A stretch of 64,000 nt of DNA from Bacillota bacterium (GCA_040766775.1 JAXGPT010000008.1:1689-65688); one strand, 5' to 3'; shown: positions 38,176 to 49,628, counted from the stretch's first letter. Made by a program: numbers and translations. Notes: a model not told the origin generated them from the sequence alone.

Positions 38176-39168
38176 ATGAAAAAAGTGCTGTTACTAATCT
38201 TGGCAACTGTTGTGATTCTTTCCGGATGCATTGGGACAACCGACGAAAGTAAGACTAAAAACGAGCAGGGAGGCAGGGAAACGGTTGTAATCAATATCCC
38301 GACCGCGGCAACAACGGGGGCGCTTTATCCCCTGGGTTCGTCCCTGGCCAAATTATGGAACGACGAATTGGGCTATGTGAAAGCAAATGCGCAGGCCTCC
38401 AACGGGGGGATAGACAATTTAAACCTTTTACAAAGCGGCGAAGCCCAGGTGAGCATGGCTGTAACCAGCATAATGTACCAGTCCTATAAAGGGGAAGCCG
38501 TATTTGAGGGAAGGCCCAACGAAAAGCTGAGGGTGCTTTCCGGCCTGTACTACAATCCAAACCAGGTTGTTGTAAGAAGGGATGCAGGTATTGACAGCTT
38601 AAGGGATATAGAAGGGAAAAACTTTGCCTCGGGCGCCCCGGGGAGCACCACGGAGGTAGAAACAAAGCTGCACTTGGAAGAAGCGGGCGTTGACTATCCC
38701 GATGGGTTAAACGTACAATTTGTCGGTTTTACCGAAGCAATCGACCTCATGAGAAACAAGCAGTTGGACGGGGCCTGGATTATGGCGGGACTGCCCACCG
38801 CCGCCGTTACCGAGATTACCACTACTGCAAACGGTAAGCTGGTTCCCATAGACGAGGAAATAATCGCCGGGCTTAAAGGGAAATACCCCTGGTACGCGAA
38901 GTACACTATTCCCGCCGGAACCTATGAAGGACAGGAGCAGGATATCACAACCTCTGCGATAAAGATGGCGATGTTTACAAGCGCAGACCTTCCGGAGGAT
39001 GTGGTATACGACCTGACCAAGTCCTTCTGGGAAAACATAGACACTTTAAAACAGTCCAACAGCGCATTAAAGGACTTAAAGATAGAAGACGCGGTGACAG
39101 ACCTGGCAGGGCTTCCGCTGCACGACGGCGCGATTAAATACTATAAGGAAGTAGGAGTTCTGAAATAA
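38176..39168 (+). CDS. TAXI-family TRAP transporter solute-binding lipoprotein
   Basis: Lipobox ILSG-C. Blocks ATTGALYPLGSSLA, ASNGGIDNLNLLQSGEAQVSM, PIDEEIIAGLKGKYPWY, PLHDGAIKYYKE. Confidence 0.88.
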   Translation: MKKVLLLILATVVILSGCIGTTDESKTKNEQGGRETVVINIPTAATTGALYPLGSSLAKLWNDELGYVKANAQASNGGIDNLNLLQSGEAQVSMAVTSIMYQSYKGEAVFEGRPNEKLRVLSGLYYNPNQVVVRRDAGIDSLRDIEGKNFASGAPGSTTEVETKLHLEEAGVDYPDGLNVQFVGFTEAIDLMRNKQLDGAWIMAGLPTAAVTEITTTANGKLVPIDEEIIAGLKGKYPWYAKYTIPAGTYEGQEQDITTSAIKMAMFTSADLPEDVVYDLTKSFWENIDTLKQSNSALKDLKIEDAVTDLAGLPLHDGAIKYYKEVGVLK

Positions 39169-39398
39169 GGAGGTTAGGTTCTTGAAACTCGGCAGAGGGT
39201 GACGGGCTTTGAATGGCCGGTCACCCTGTGCTTTATTCCGCTGCATCCGTGTATTTTTAACGCGGGTTACATAAAAGGCATCCATTGCCTGCGGCAAATA
39301 CCAAAGAGAAGTGAAAGATAATTTTGGTAAAGGATATAAAAAAAGTATTTGGGGATAATTAAGAGTTGAGATCTATATCCCTTAGGAGGCGATGCCCC

Positions 39399-41437
39399 GT
39401 GGCCGGGAGCAGAAAAACCAATAGATTAATCCATGAAAAATCACCATATCTTCTTCAGCACGCTCATAATCCCGTGGACTGGTACCCTTGGGGGAAAGAG
39501 GCCTTTGAAAAAGCAAAACTTGAAGACAAACCCATATTTCTTTCCATAGGCTACAGCACCTGTCACTGGTGCCACGTCATGGAAAGGGAATCCTTCGAAG
39601 ACGAAGAAGTGGCGAAAGTGCTGAACGATTACTATGTGGCTATTAAGGTGGACCGGGAAGAGCGGCCGGACATAGACAGCATATACATGTCGGTATGCCA
39701 GGCAGTAACCGGCCAGGGTGGATGGCCCCTTACCATAATCATGACGCCGGACATGGAACCCTTTTTCGCCGGCACCTATTTCCCGAAGTCAGGGAAATAC
39801 GGCTACCCGGGGCTTGTGGAACTCCTCCTTAAAATAAAGGACGCCTGGGATGCCGAAAGGGACCGGCTTATTGAAACCGGCAGCAATATAACCGAGGCGA
39901 TAAAAAATTCTCCCGGGAGAATATACGGTGAAAAACTGGGGCAGGAAACGGCGGACAGGGCCCTTAGGGGCTTTAGAAACTCCTTTGACGAAGTATACGG
40001 CGGCTTTGGCGGGGCTCCCAAATTTCCTACGCCCCACAACCTTTACTTTTTGTTAAGGTACTGGAAAGCGAAAGGCAACGAGACCGCCCTTATTATGGCG
40101 GAAAAAACCCTTGAGTCCATGTACAAGGGAGGGCTGTTTGACCATGTAGGCTTTGGGTTTTCCAGGTATTCCACCGACGGAAAGTGGCTTGTGCCCCATT
40201 TCGAAAAGATGCTGTATGATAATGCCCTTTTGGCCTATGCCTATACCGAGGCCTACCAGGCTACCGGCAAAGATATATACAAAGATATTGCCCATAAAAT
40301 ATTCACCTATGTACTCAGGGATATGACCTCGGCCGGGGGAGGCTTTTACTCGGCTGAGGATGCGGATTCCGAGGGGGAGGAGGGCAAGTTCTACCTATGG
40401 CAGCCGGAGGAGGTAAAGGAAGCGGCGGGGAGGAGGACGGGAAGTTTTTCTGCGACTGGTATGACATAAGACCTGTGGGAAATTTCGAGGGAAAGAGCAT
40501 TCCAAACCTGATCGGCAGGGACCTTGGGATACTCTATAAGGATAAGGCCCTTGCGAGACGGCTGGATGGCATAAGGGAAAAGCTCTTTATGTACAGGGAG
40601 AAAAGAATCCGCCCTTACCGGGACGACAAGATACTGACATCGTGGAACGGGCTTATGATAGCAGCCTTTGCGCTGGGCGGAAGGGCCTTTTGCAGCAATG
40701 AGTACACAGAAGCGGCGGAAGCAGCCTACGGCTTTATTCAAAGGAACCTCGTAAGGGAAGACGGCCGGCTGCTGGCAAGGTATAGGGACGGAGAAGCGGC
40801 TTTTCCGGCATATCTTGACGATTACGCATTCCTGGTGTGGGGGCTAATCGAGCTGTACCAGGCTACATTTAAGACTGGCTACTTGAAAAGGGCCTTGGAA
40901 CTGAACCGGGACATGCTTGACCTTTTCTGGGATGAAAGGGACGGTGGATTATTCCTGTACGGGGAGGACAGCGAGCAGCTTATAATGCGGCCCAAGGAGG
41001 TCTATGACGGAGCCCTGCCCTCCGGCAACTCGGTGGCCCTATATAATATGCTACGGTTGTCAAGGATGACGGGGGACACGCAAATAGAAGAAAGGGCAAG
41101 GCAGGTCATGGAAACCTTTGGTGGCGAGGTGGAGTACGAGCCCGATCGCCCACTCTTTCTTTATGTCGGCGTTACTTTTCAGCCTGCAGCCACCCCGGGA
41201 AGTGGTGATAACCGCCCGGTCCCGGGAGGATGCTAAAGATATGCTGGATAGGATAAACTCAAGCTTCGTACCCTTTGCGACGTTTTTATTAAACACGGGG
41301 GATGAAGAGCTGTATGAAATAGCTCCCTTTACAAGGGAGCAAATGGTGGAGAAAAAACCACCGCCTATGTATGCAAAGACTTTACCTGCCTTGAACCGGT
41401 CACCGAGGTGGATGCCCTTCAGAGCATGCTCCAATAA
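39399..41437 (+). pseudogene. yyaL: Thioredoxin-domain protein YyaL (DUF255 + six-hairpin glycosidase-like domain), about 3 frame disruptions as read
   Basis: [67 protein letters not shown]. The frame changes near 40425, near 41130-41230 and near 41365. The end reads AYVCKDFTCLEPVTEVDALQSMLQ*. Confidence 0.85.
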
Positions 41438-41484
41438 TGTGCAGCATTGATAAGGCCAACATGCCTTAATATGCATACCGGTGT

Positions 41485-43123
41485 TTAATCGGCATCCGTG
41501 CCAAGCGGGGAGCCTACAAAAAACTCCGGGAATTTTTGGCGCAGCATCCAGGAAGAAACTTTTGTTTAACCTCTCGGTGTATTTGTGCAGGTCCCTGCCC
41601 CAGGGGCCGAGTATTATGCCGGGCACATCAAGCCTTTTTATCTCTTCAACGGGTATTGAATAGGAATGTCCCCAAAGGGGCATATTGGGTTTAAATTCCC
41701 TGATAACATCCCCGGCATCCTGTATGGAGCAGTAGCTCAGGTCGGATATGCCGTCAAAGAACCGGTTGGCTTTAAGAGGTATTCCAAGTTCCCCGGCCGA
41801 GTATTCCAAAAGCGAATCCACTGCCTTTAATACAGCAGCGCCCTTAAAAGACTTTCCGTCCACCGTCACATGGGGGTAATAGGGCGGGGCGAAGGCAATT
41901 ATTATTTTGGGGTCCCGGTCGGGACAAAAGGAATGCAGTTTATCTATAATCCTTATGGTTGCTTCTCTCCAGTCGGCATCCCGGACGGCCGGGCCGGCCG
42001 CAAATTCCTTCATATGTTTTTCCAGAACGCTCCCGTGCCTTTCATGGCACATGGAGTAAAGAACATCGTAGGTATAGACTTTCGGCTCCCATTCCAATTT
42101 TTTTATACTGCAGTCTGACTTTAAATTGTATTCTTCAATCCTTTGGTTAACGGTGCTTAATGCCCTTTTAAAGCACCGGGCGGCGATCTGTTTTAACAAC
42201 AATATCAGTTCTCCCGGGGGACGCCTGTAGGACAGTATATTGAAGCAGCAGGCAGACGCGGGCGGAGTGGATATGGAATACCCATCCCTCAGGTCTTTGG
42301 CTTTTAAGATTACCGGGGGCATGGTGTAGATATCTTCGGACCTGTCGGACAGCAGGGGATTGCCCTCGATCTCCCTTATTATCTCCGACATTATAAGGTT
42401 TGCATTTATTCCTTTGAAGGGCTCCCGGGCATGGCTCTCCCTCCCGAAACAGTATATAAGGGGCAGCATTTTGCCCACAGAGCCGGTATATATATTATAG
42501 CTGCCGTCATGGTTGAAGGTGCTGGGCTCCGAGTTTACAATGCATATGTAATCCAGGCCCCTTTCCCTTGAGAGCCGGTTCAGAAACTCCACCGACCCGG
42601 TCATCCCGGCGGAGTTGGTCTCCTCGTCGGGTACAGCAAGGAACAAAAGACTGCCGTATAGCTTATCCGGCTTTTTTGAAACCTGCTCCAAGAGAGCCAT
42701 AAATAACGCGAGGCCGCCCTTCATGTCCGCGGTACCCCTTCCGAATATCCAGTCTCCGGACCTTAAGTCGGCCGCTGCATCGGCCGGCAGGGCTGACGGA
42801 TTCAGCGCCCCTGCCAGGGCGTCGGTGTCAAGGGCATATTTCCTGTATGGCCCGTAGTCTATAGTATCCATTACGTCGTAATGGCCTGACAGTATAACGG
42901 TCCTTTTACCCTTTCCCTCTACCAGTGCTGCAATCGCCGCCCTGCCGTGACGGTCCCCGGGGATGGGGTGCAGCATAAGGTTCTCGGGGTTTGCCCTGAA
43001 GTATTCCATCCCGGCCAAAAGTTCATGTATCTTTTTGTGCATCCCGACCTCTTCGCTGGTGTCGGTGGTACTGGGGCAAGCGACAAGGGTTTTTAGAAGG
43101 TATAAAAGGCGTGAAGAATCCAT
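41485..43123 (-). CDS. M20-family peptidase, RocB-like; the 3' end is blurred by a homopolymer frameshift
   Basis: SGHYDVMD, RGTADMKGG, FLAVPDEE and GPWGRDLHKYTERL blocks. The 687-aa ORF (to 41060) runs antisense through the yyaL 3' end. One fewer T in the T6 run (RNA sense) at about 41515 gives a stop at 41485. Confidence 0.75.
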
Positions 43124-43317
43124 ATTTTCTTTGCACCTCCCGGATAGGCTATAACTTCCCGATACGCATATGCATCAGGTTTATTATATACAATAACAGG
43201 TGTATGGCACAATATGGAATTAATAGCACGCCCTTGGGGCCGGGTACATTTGGCCTTCGATAAGTTTTACCGTGGGATAATCAAGAAAAACGGCACCATA
43301 CCGGTGCCTGGAAAGCG

Positions 43318-43773
43318 TTATTTAATCTCATCCCACAACCATTCGGCCACCTGCCTGATTAGGGGAGCGCATATGTTAGCCCTTATCTTATCTTTATCCC
43401 GTTTTACCTTCTCAAGGTCCTCCGGGTCATAGCCCAGCACCTCGATGCAATTCGCGCTTCCGTATTTTTCAATGAACTTTTCTACAAGTCGTGCTGTTCT
43501 TTCAGAAGACGGTTCCCTTTTACCTTGCGGGGTATTCCGACCGTATTTTAAACCTATTGCCATCACCGCTCCCGAAAGGGCACCGCACATGTGCTTTCTC
43601 TTGCAAATCCCTCCCCCGAAGGGCGTGGCAATTTTGGGTATGACCTCGCTTTCCACTCCCAGCAGCTCGCAAAATGAAAGCAGCACTGTTTCACAGCAGT
43701 TATAGCCTTCGTTAAAATTCCTTGTACATCTATCAACTGCCTCGTCTTTACCTAATTCGCCTATGTTATTCAT
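43318..43773 (-). CDS. C_GCAxxG_C_C family (putative redox-active) protein
   Basis: GYNCCETVLLSF, GGGI......CGALSGAVMAIG, C-terminal CAPLIRQV. Start at the ATG behind GGGGGTGG. Confidence 0.8.
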   Translation of the reverse strand: MNNIGELGKDEAVDRCTRNFNEGYNCCETVLLSFCELLGVESEVIPKIATPFGGGICKRKHMCGALSGAVMAIGLKYGRNTPQGKREPSSERTARLVEKFIEKYGSANCIEVLGYDPEDLEKVKRDKDKIRANICAPLIRQVAEWLWDEIK

Positions 43774-44009
43774 GTAGTCCACCCCCGTATTATGTATAAC
43801 CCGCATCTGCTGCGGGACCTTTTCCTTTACATAATATCAGAAATTTAGGTTTTAATCCACTGTTCAATAACGGGGTTGCGCCGGCTGTGGGGTGTTTTGG
43901 TCAAAAAAAGGTCGTTAGTTGAAGGCAATTATGTACCCCCGGCATATTATGCTACTGAAAAACCGCCAAGGGGATAAAGGATTTCAAAACTGATAACGGA
44001 GGGGGAGAC

Positions 44010-45331
44010 ATGAATCTTTGCATAATTGGTACCGGCTACGTGGGCCTCACAACGGGGGTGTGTCTGGCATACCTGGGCAACAGTGTGATATGTGTCGACA
44101 AGTATATAAAAAGGGTGGAAATGCTTAAGAAAGGGATAGTGCCCATCCACGAGAAGGGGTTGGAGGAACTGATGGAGAAGGGTGTATCAGCGGGAAGGCT
44201 CCAGTTTACCACCGACCTATGCTATGGCGTGGCCAATTCGAAAATAATATTTATTACGGTGGGGACACCGTCGCTGCCGGACGGGGATGTTGACATGAAC
44301 GCGGTTTACGGGGCGGCGGCGGGGATTGCAGCATGTATGGACGACTACAGGATAATTGTGAACAAAAGCACGGTACCGGTGGGTACACAAAAAATTGTGT
44401 CCGATATGATTTCCAAGAGACTGAAAAAAGACGTGGGTTTTGACGTGCTGTCCAACCCGGAGTTTTTGAGGGAGGGAACTGCCGTTTTTGATACCATGCA
44501 CCCCGACAGGGTGGTAATAGGCGCGGATAATCCCGGGGCGGCCAGGGTACTGGCCCGGCTGTACAAGCCGATGGGAGGGAAGGTTTTGCTTACCGACCCG
44601 GAAAGCGCCGAGATGATTAAATATGCCTCCAATGCCTTTTTGGCAACCAAGATAAGCTTTATTAACGAGATTGCCAACCTGTGTGAGAAAGTGGGGGCGG
44701 ATGTGACAAAGGTAGCCCTTGGAATGGGGCTTGACAGCAGGATTTCACCGCATTTTTTGAAGGCGGGAACGGGGTACGGCGGGTCTTGTTTTCCCAAGGA
44801 CACCCGTGCCTTGATTAAACTCGCGGAAAAAAACGGGTACAGCCTCAGAATCGTTAAAAGTGTCATTGAAGTTAACCAGGACCAGAAACTGCGGCCGGTG
44901 GAAAAGCTTAAAATGAGTTTGGGCAGCCTTAACGGCAAAACCATAGGGATTCTGGGCCTTTCCTTCAAACCGGATACCGATGATATCAGGGAGGCTCCTT
45001 CGCTGGATATTATTAGGGAGATTATAAGGCAGGGGGACAGGTTAAGGCCTGCGACCCGGCGGCGGTGCCCAACGCAAGGAAAATGCTGCCGGAGGTTGAG
45101 TACTGCGACGACGCCTACAGTACAGCAAAAGGTGCCGATGCCCTTATACTGGTTACCGAATGGAAGCAGTATAAAGATTTGGACCTAAAAAAACTGAAAA
45201 GCATAATGAAAAGGCCTGTGTTTATTGACGGGAGGAACGTGTATGACCCTGCCGCCATGAGAGGCCTTGGATTTGAGTACCACTGCATAGGCAGGGGAGA
45301 CAGCGGCCGGGCGGGGAAAAAGTTACGGTAG
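44010..45331 (+). CDS. ugd: UDP-glucose 6-dehydrogenase; one frameshift near 45040 as read
   Basis: MNLCIIGTGYVGLTTG, GGSCFPKDT, LGLSFKPDTDDIREAPS. The C-terminal part (VEYCDDAYSTAKGADALILVTEWKQY...DGRNVYDP) lies in the frame of ORF 45065-45331. Confidence 0.9.
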
Positions 45332-45407
45332 AGCACGGCAGGGAAAAAAGCGGGCACAAAAAATGAGAGCATGCAAAAGTCATACTCCCATTATATCGAA
45401 GCCTATG

Positions 45408-46022
45408 TTAATAATCGTCGTCTTCGGTTTCGGCATCTACATTGAATACTTCCAGAGTGTTCAAGATTATATCTTCCTCCGGCCTTTTTTCCTCTGTTTC
45501 TTGATTGTATGATATTACATTAAGCATCGCTTCTCCCATGACCTCTACTCCCAGGCCATATTCAATCTGTACGGATATGGTAGGGGTACCGGACTTGTTA
45601 ACCACCGAGGCCCCAAGGGAAGTTGGTCTTTGAGAAATCCAGGATAAAATCTTTTTGTTCCGGTAACTCTCGCCGCCAAGGCATTTTACCGGTACAAGCT
45701 CTGAAAACTTTGCATTGTTCTTGGCCACATAGGTATCACCACCGGCTTCATACCAGACATGTACCTCGAAGGTGCCGTTTACCCTTACGTTTACCGTTCT
45801 GTCCATAATTTTGTCAAAGCTGCATTCCTTTATCTGTGCTCCCTTGACCGTACAGCCCAGCACTTCCGAAGGCCTCTTGCTATCCACAGGGTTTATATAT
45901 ATGGTGGTGTTGCATATTTGTGTTGCGCTACCGTACACCGCATTGGTAATTATGGTCCTCACCCTACCGCTTTCCCCTCGCAGGCTGATATCCTCTTCCA
46001 TTGCATTCACCCCTTTTGCCAA
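45408..46022 (-). CDS. cotE: Outer spore coat morphogenetic protein CotE
   Basis: Length and blocks resemble CotE: R.IIT.AV......C....I......PS.+LG, a central beta region and an acidic C-terminal tail (ETEDDDY). Assigned from recalled similarity to B. subtilis CotE, not from a search. Confidence 0.7.
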   Translation of the reverse strand: MAKGVNAMEEDISLRGESGRVRTIITNAVYGSATQICNTTIYINPVDSKRPSEVLGCTVKGAQIKECSFDKIMDRTVNVRVNGTFEVHVWYEAGGDTYVAKNNAKFSELVPVKCLGGESYRNKKILSWISQRPTSLGASVVNKSGTPTISVQIEYGLGVEVMGEAMLNVISYNQETEEKRPEEDIILNTLEVFNVDAETEDDDY

Positions 46023-46167
46023 AAATAAAATTATATTTCTATACTATACTATTCCAGCGATTTATTTATGTGATAGAAGGCCGGCATTTTTTCCGCGAAC
46101 TTCACCTTTTTCCTGCCCACTAAATACTATGTTCTAGGGGATCGTAAAATGCAAGGGAGGAATTAAT

Positions 46168-47112
46168 ATGGCCCAAAGTGCGCTGGTTACAGGCTGCGCA
46201 GGGTTCATTGGCTCCCACCTGTGTGAAGCACTGCTTAGTAGGGGCTGGAGGGTAACCGGTATAGACAGCATGGCTGGCAATTACCGCGATGGCATCAAAA
46301 GGAATAATTTGTGTCCGCTGCTGAAGCACACGGGTTTCCGGTTTGTGGAGGATGATTTGACCAGGGCTTCTTTGAAGGACTTTGTAAGGGATTGCGGCTA
46401 TATATTTCACCAGGCGGGCCAGCCCGGGGTGAGGAGCAGCTGGGGAGAGCAGTTCGACACCTACGTGGCCAACAATATCCTTGCCACCCAGCGGCTGCTG
46501 GAGGCGGTAAAGCACCAGGATATAAGGAAATTTGTATTTGCATCCACTTCATCGGTCTACGGCAGTACCGGTTTACTGCCCACCGCCGAGGACCACCTGC
46601 CGGCGCCCTATTCTCCCTACGGCGTAACCAAGCTTGCCGCAGAGCAGCTGTGCGGGCTTTATCACAAGAACTACAGGGTACCGGTAGTGTCATTGAGGTA
46701 CTTTACCGTGTACGGGCCGCGGCAGCGACCGGACATGGCCATAAGCAGGTTTATACATTGCATATTGGACGGTAAACCCGTCACGGTGTACGGGGATGGC
46801 AAGCAAAGAAGGGATTTCACTTATGTGGATGACATAGTAAAAGCCAATATCCTGGCCGCCGAATCTCCGGTGACCGGCGAGGTGTTTAATGTGGGCGGCG
46901 GTCAGCCGGTGGAACTTATGCATGTAATTGGAGTGCTGGAGAGGATTACAGCAAAGAAGGTCAGCCTGGAGTATATGCCGGTTCAAAAGGGGGACCTAAG
47001 GGATACCTGGGCGGATATACGGAAAATATCCGGCATGCTGGGTTTTGAACCGTCCACTCCCCTTGAAAAAGGCCTGAAAAGGCAGATTGAATATATAAAG
47101 AATTATATATGA
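46168..47112 (+). CDS. NAD-dependent epimerase/dehydratase (UDP-sugar 4-epimerase / UDP-glucuronate decarboxylase-like SDR)
   Basis: VTGCAGFIGSHL Rossmann motif, catalytic YSPYGVTK, RYFTVYGPRQRPDMA. Confidence 0.88.
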   Translation: MAQSALVTGCAGFIGSHLCEALLSRGWRVTGIDSMAGNYRDGIKRNNLCPLLKHTGFRFVEDDLTRASLKDFVRDCGYIFHQAGQPGVRSSWGEQFDTYVANNILATQRLLEAVKHQDIRKFVFASTSSVYGSTGLLPTAEDHLPAPYSPYGVTKLAAEQLCGLYHKNYRVPVVSLRYFTVYGPRQRPDMAISRFIHCILDGKPVTVYGDGKQRRDFTYVDDIVKANILAAESPVTGEVFNVGGGQPVELMHVIGVLERITAKKVSLEYMPVQKGDLRDTWADIRKISGMLGFEPSTPLEKGLKRQIEYIKNYI

Positions 47113-47194
47113 ACAAAATATCACATTGTATTGCACCTGAATACTATATGTACTGAAAAGGCAGATAATAGGCCAAACCGGAAGGAGGATTTTT

Positions 47195-47452
47195 GTGAAA
47201 TTCAAAGAGGAATACCTGGGTACAAAACAGGAGTGCATGGGCTATTTAAGCGAAGCCTATGCAAAGCTCCTAAGAAATCAACTGATGGTGGACGGTGAAG
47301 AGGTGGTAATACCCGACGACAAGGAAATGGAGTACAAAATTAAGTACGACAACGATGAATTTGAAGGCTCACTGTCGCTGAAAATTACATGGGTGAACGC
47401 CGAAGCGGAAGAAGCCGAGGAAGAAGAGGAAGTAGAAGGGGAAGAAGAATAA
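47195..47452 (+). CDS. Amphi-Trp domain protein with acidic tail
   Basis: 85 aa, GTG behind GGAAGGAGG. Pattern E......L......L..........V.IP........K...D.....L.LKI.W, followed by a Glu-rich tail. Confidence 0.55.
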   Translation: MKFKEEYLGTKQECMGYLSEAYAKLLRNQLMVDGEEVVIPDDKEMEYKIKYDNDEFEGSLSLKITWVNAEAEEAEEEEEVEGEEE

Positions 47453-47484
47453 CAGATAGGGGGATGCCCCTATCTGTTATTCTT
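47451..47484 (+). terminator. Intrinsic terminator
   Basis: 12-bp stem AACAGATAGGGG / CCCCTATCTGTT, 4-nt loop, T-rich tail. Confidence 0.7.
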
Positions 47485-47546
47485 GAGATGGCCATACAAT
47501 TCTAAAAGGTTAGTATAATGAATTTACTGCCGAAGGAGGATAGCAA

Positions 47547-48584
47547 ATGAAGGAAACCTATAAGGAGGACCTTGAGGGGGTTCTGGCCGCATATCCAATC
47601 GACGTTTCGGGTATCCGAACCGAATCCTACAAACAAAAGAAGGGCGTATGGTGGATTAAGACACCCGAGGGCTACAGAATATTGAAAAAGCATTCCAACT
47701 CGGACAGGACTTTGGATTTCATAATTGCTGCGGTGGAGTACCTTCAAGGTAAAGGAATACGCATACCTGGGATTATACCTGCTTCCGACGGGCGAAAATA
47801 CGTTATTAGCAATAACAGCTGCTTTGTTTTAAGCGAAGCCGTAGCAGGAACCAACCCGGTTTATAACAATGCTAGGCAGTTAAAAAGTATAGTACAAGGT
47901 CTGGCAAAGTTTCACAGGGCTTCGGCGGGCTTTGTTACGCCCAAGGGAAGCAAGCCCAGGGTGCACCTGGGGACGTGGCCCAAGGCCTATAGCGACAGGG
48001 TGGAGAAGATGAAATCCTACTACGCCCAGGAAGAGAGCATAAATGAGCATGGGAATTTCGGAAAGACAATCCTGGAGGAATTTCCGCACTTTATTAGTAG
48101 AGCCCAGGAGGCGATAAAAGGCCTTGAGGGGTCATATTACCGTCAGTGGGTGGAAGAGGTCAAAAAGACCGGCTGCCTGTGCCACCAGGACTTTGCTGCC
48201 GGCAACCTCATCCTTACCGGAGCCGGGGAACTGTACGTGCTGGACATTGATTCCATTACTTTAGACCTGCCCATAAGAGATATCAGGAAATTACTGCTGA
48301 AGGTTATGAAAAAACGGGGTGGATGGGATGCAGGTTTAACAGCCGAGATGCTTGCGTGGTACCAGCAGGAAAACCACCTTGAATACAATAAGTGGCAGGT
48401 TTTAAAATGGGAACTCTTGTACCCGCACCTGTTTGAGGGTATTATGACCAAATACTATGAAAAACGGGAAAAGACCTGGAGCCCGGCCAAGTATTACAGC
48501 AGGCTGCAGGATATGATCGCGGTGGAGAAGACACTCGGACATGTAATGGAAGGCTTTGAAGGGCTAATCCCGCGGGAAGCTTAA
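47547..48584 (+). CDS. CotS-family spore coat protein (kinase-like phosphotransferase fold)
   Basis: 345 aa. HRAS.GF, LCHQDFAAGNLI and YVLDIDS (H.D....N / D.D kinase-like motifs) are typical of CotS/YtaA. Confidence 0.8.
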   Translation: MKETYKEDLEGVLAAYPIDVSGIRTESYKQKKGVWWIKTPEGYRILKKHSNSDRTLDFIIAAVEYLQGKGIRIPGIIPASDGRKYVISNNSCFVLSEAVAGTNPVYNNARQLKSIVQGLAKFHRASAGFVTPKGSKPRVHLGTWPKAYSDRVEKMKSYYAQEESINEHGNFGKTILEEFPHFISRAQEAIKGLEGSYYRQWVEEVKKTGCLCHQDFAAGNLILTGAGELYVLDIDSITLDLPIRDIRKLLLKVMKKRGGWDAGLTAEMLAWYQQENHLEYNKWQVLKWELLYPHLFEGIMTKYYEKREKTWSPAKYYSRLQDMIAVEKTLGHVMEGFEGLIPREA

Positions 48585-48587
48585 GGA

Positions 48588-49628
48588 ATGGAGGCAAAGC
48601 CTATGATGGAACAGCATAGCAATACCAAATTGACTGAATTGGCAATAAAAGTACTGGCGGAATACGGTATAATCCCCCAACAGGTTCAGATAATCCAGAA
48701 CAAAGGGTTGAAGACCTTGTGGAAGTTCTCCTACGGCGGGGAAGTTTTTTGCCTTAAAAGGCTGAGGCATCCGCTGGAAAGGGCGCTGTTTTCGGTTAAT
48801 GCCCAGCTGCATATACACGGCAACGGGGGCAATGTGCCCCCGGTGGTATCCAACAAAAATGGCGGCGCAGTGACCTTTTATGGGGACCAGGTATTTGTAT
48901 TGTACGGATGGATAGACGGAAGGGATTTAAACTTTAACAACCAAACCGACCTGGCCATGGCGGTGGAAGGCTTGGCAAGGATGCACCGGGCCTCGATAGG
49001 ATATAGGCCTCCGGAGGGGGCAAGGGTTTCCTCCAAGCTGGGCAAATGGCCGAACCAGTACCGGTCCATGCGGAATAACCTGGCCCAGTGGAGGGAAGCA
49101 GCCCTGCAGGGTAAACAGGTCTCGGCACACGGGTGCTATCTAAAGCACGTCGATTCGGTATTGGAAATAGCGGATATGGCTATCGCGGCCTTGGAAAAGT
49201 CGCCCTACAACAAATTAATCTCCATGGAACAGGAACACTTCCCGCTGTGCCACCAGGACTACGGAAAAGGAAATGCGCTTCTTAAGGGACGGGATGTATA
49301 CGTGCTGGACCTGGACGGAGTGACTTATGACCTGGCTGCCAGGGACCTGCGCAAAATTATAGGGAAGCAGTCGGAAGACGGTGATGGATGGAATAAAGAC
49401 AGGATAGACCGTATAGTTGGATGGTATGAAGGCGGCAGGAAACTTTCTGCTGAAGAAAAGGAGATACTTGTAATTGACCTGCTCTTCCCCCACTGGTTCT
49501 TCGCCGAGGTTAAGAACCTGTATAAAAAGAACAAGCCGGTACCGACAAGCAAGATTGAACGGGCGGCAGCCTTTGAAAAATCCAAGGTCCCGGTTATCCG
49601 AGGCCTATTAGTGGGTGGTGGGCCATGA
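48588..49628 (+). CDS. CotS-family spore coat protein, second paralog
   Basis: 346 aa. MHRASIGY, LCHQDYGKGNAL, YVLDLDG. Confidence 0.8.
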   Translation: MEAKPMMEQHSNTKLTELAIKVLAEYGIIPQQVQIIQNKGLKTLWKFSYGGEVFCLKRLRHPLERALFSVNAQLHIHGNGGNVPPVVSNKNGGAVTFYGDQVFVLYGWIDGRDLNFNNQTDLAMAVEGLARMHRASIGYRPPEGARVSSKLGKWPNQYRSMRNNLAQWREAALQGKQVSAHGCYLKHVDSVLEIADMAIAALEKSPYNKLISMEQEHFPLCHQDYGKGNALLKGRDVYVLDLDGVTYDLAARDLRKIIGKQSEDGDGWNKDRIDRIVGWYEGGRKLSAEEKEILVIDLLFPHWFFAEVKNLYKKNKPVPTSKIERAAAFEKSKVPVIRGLLVGGGP

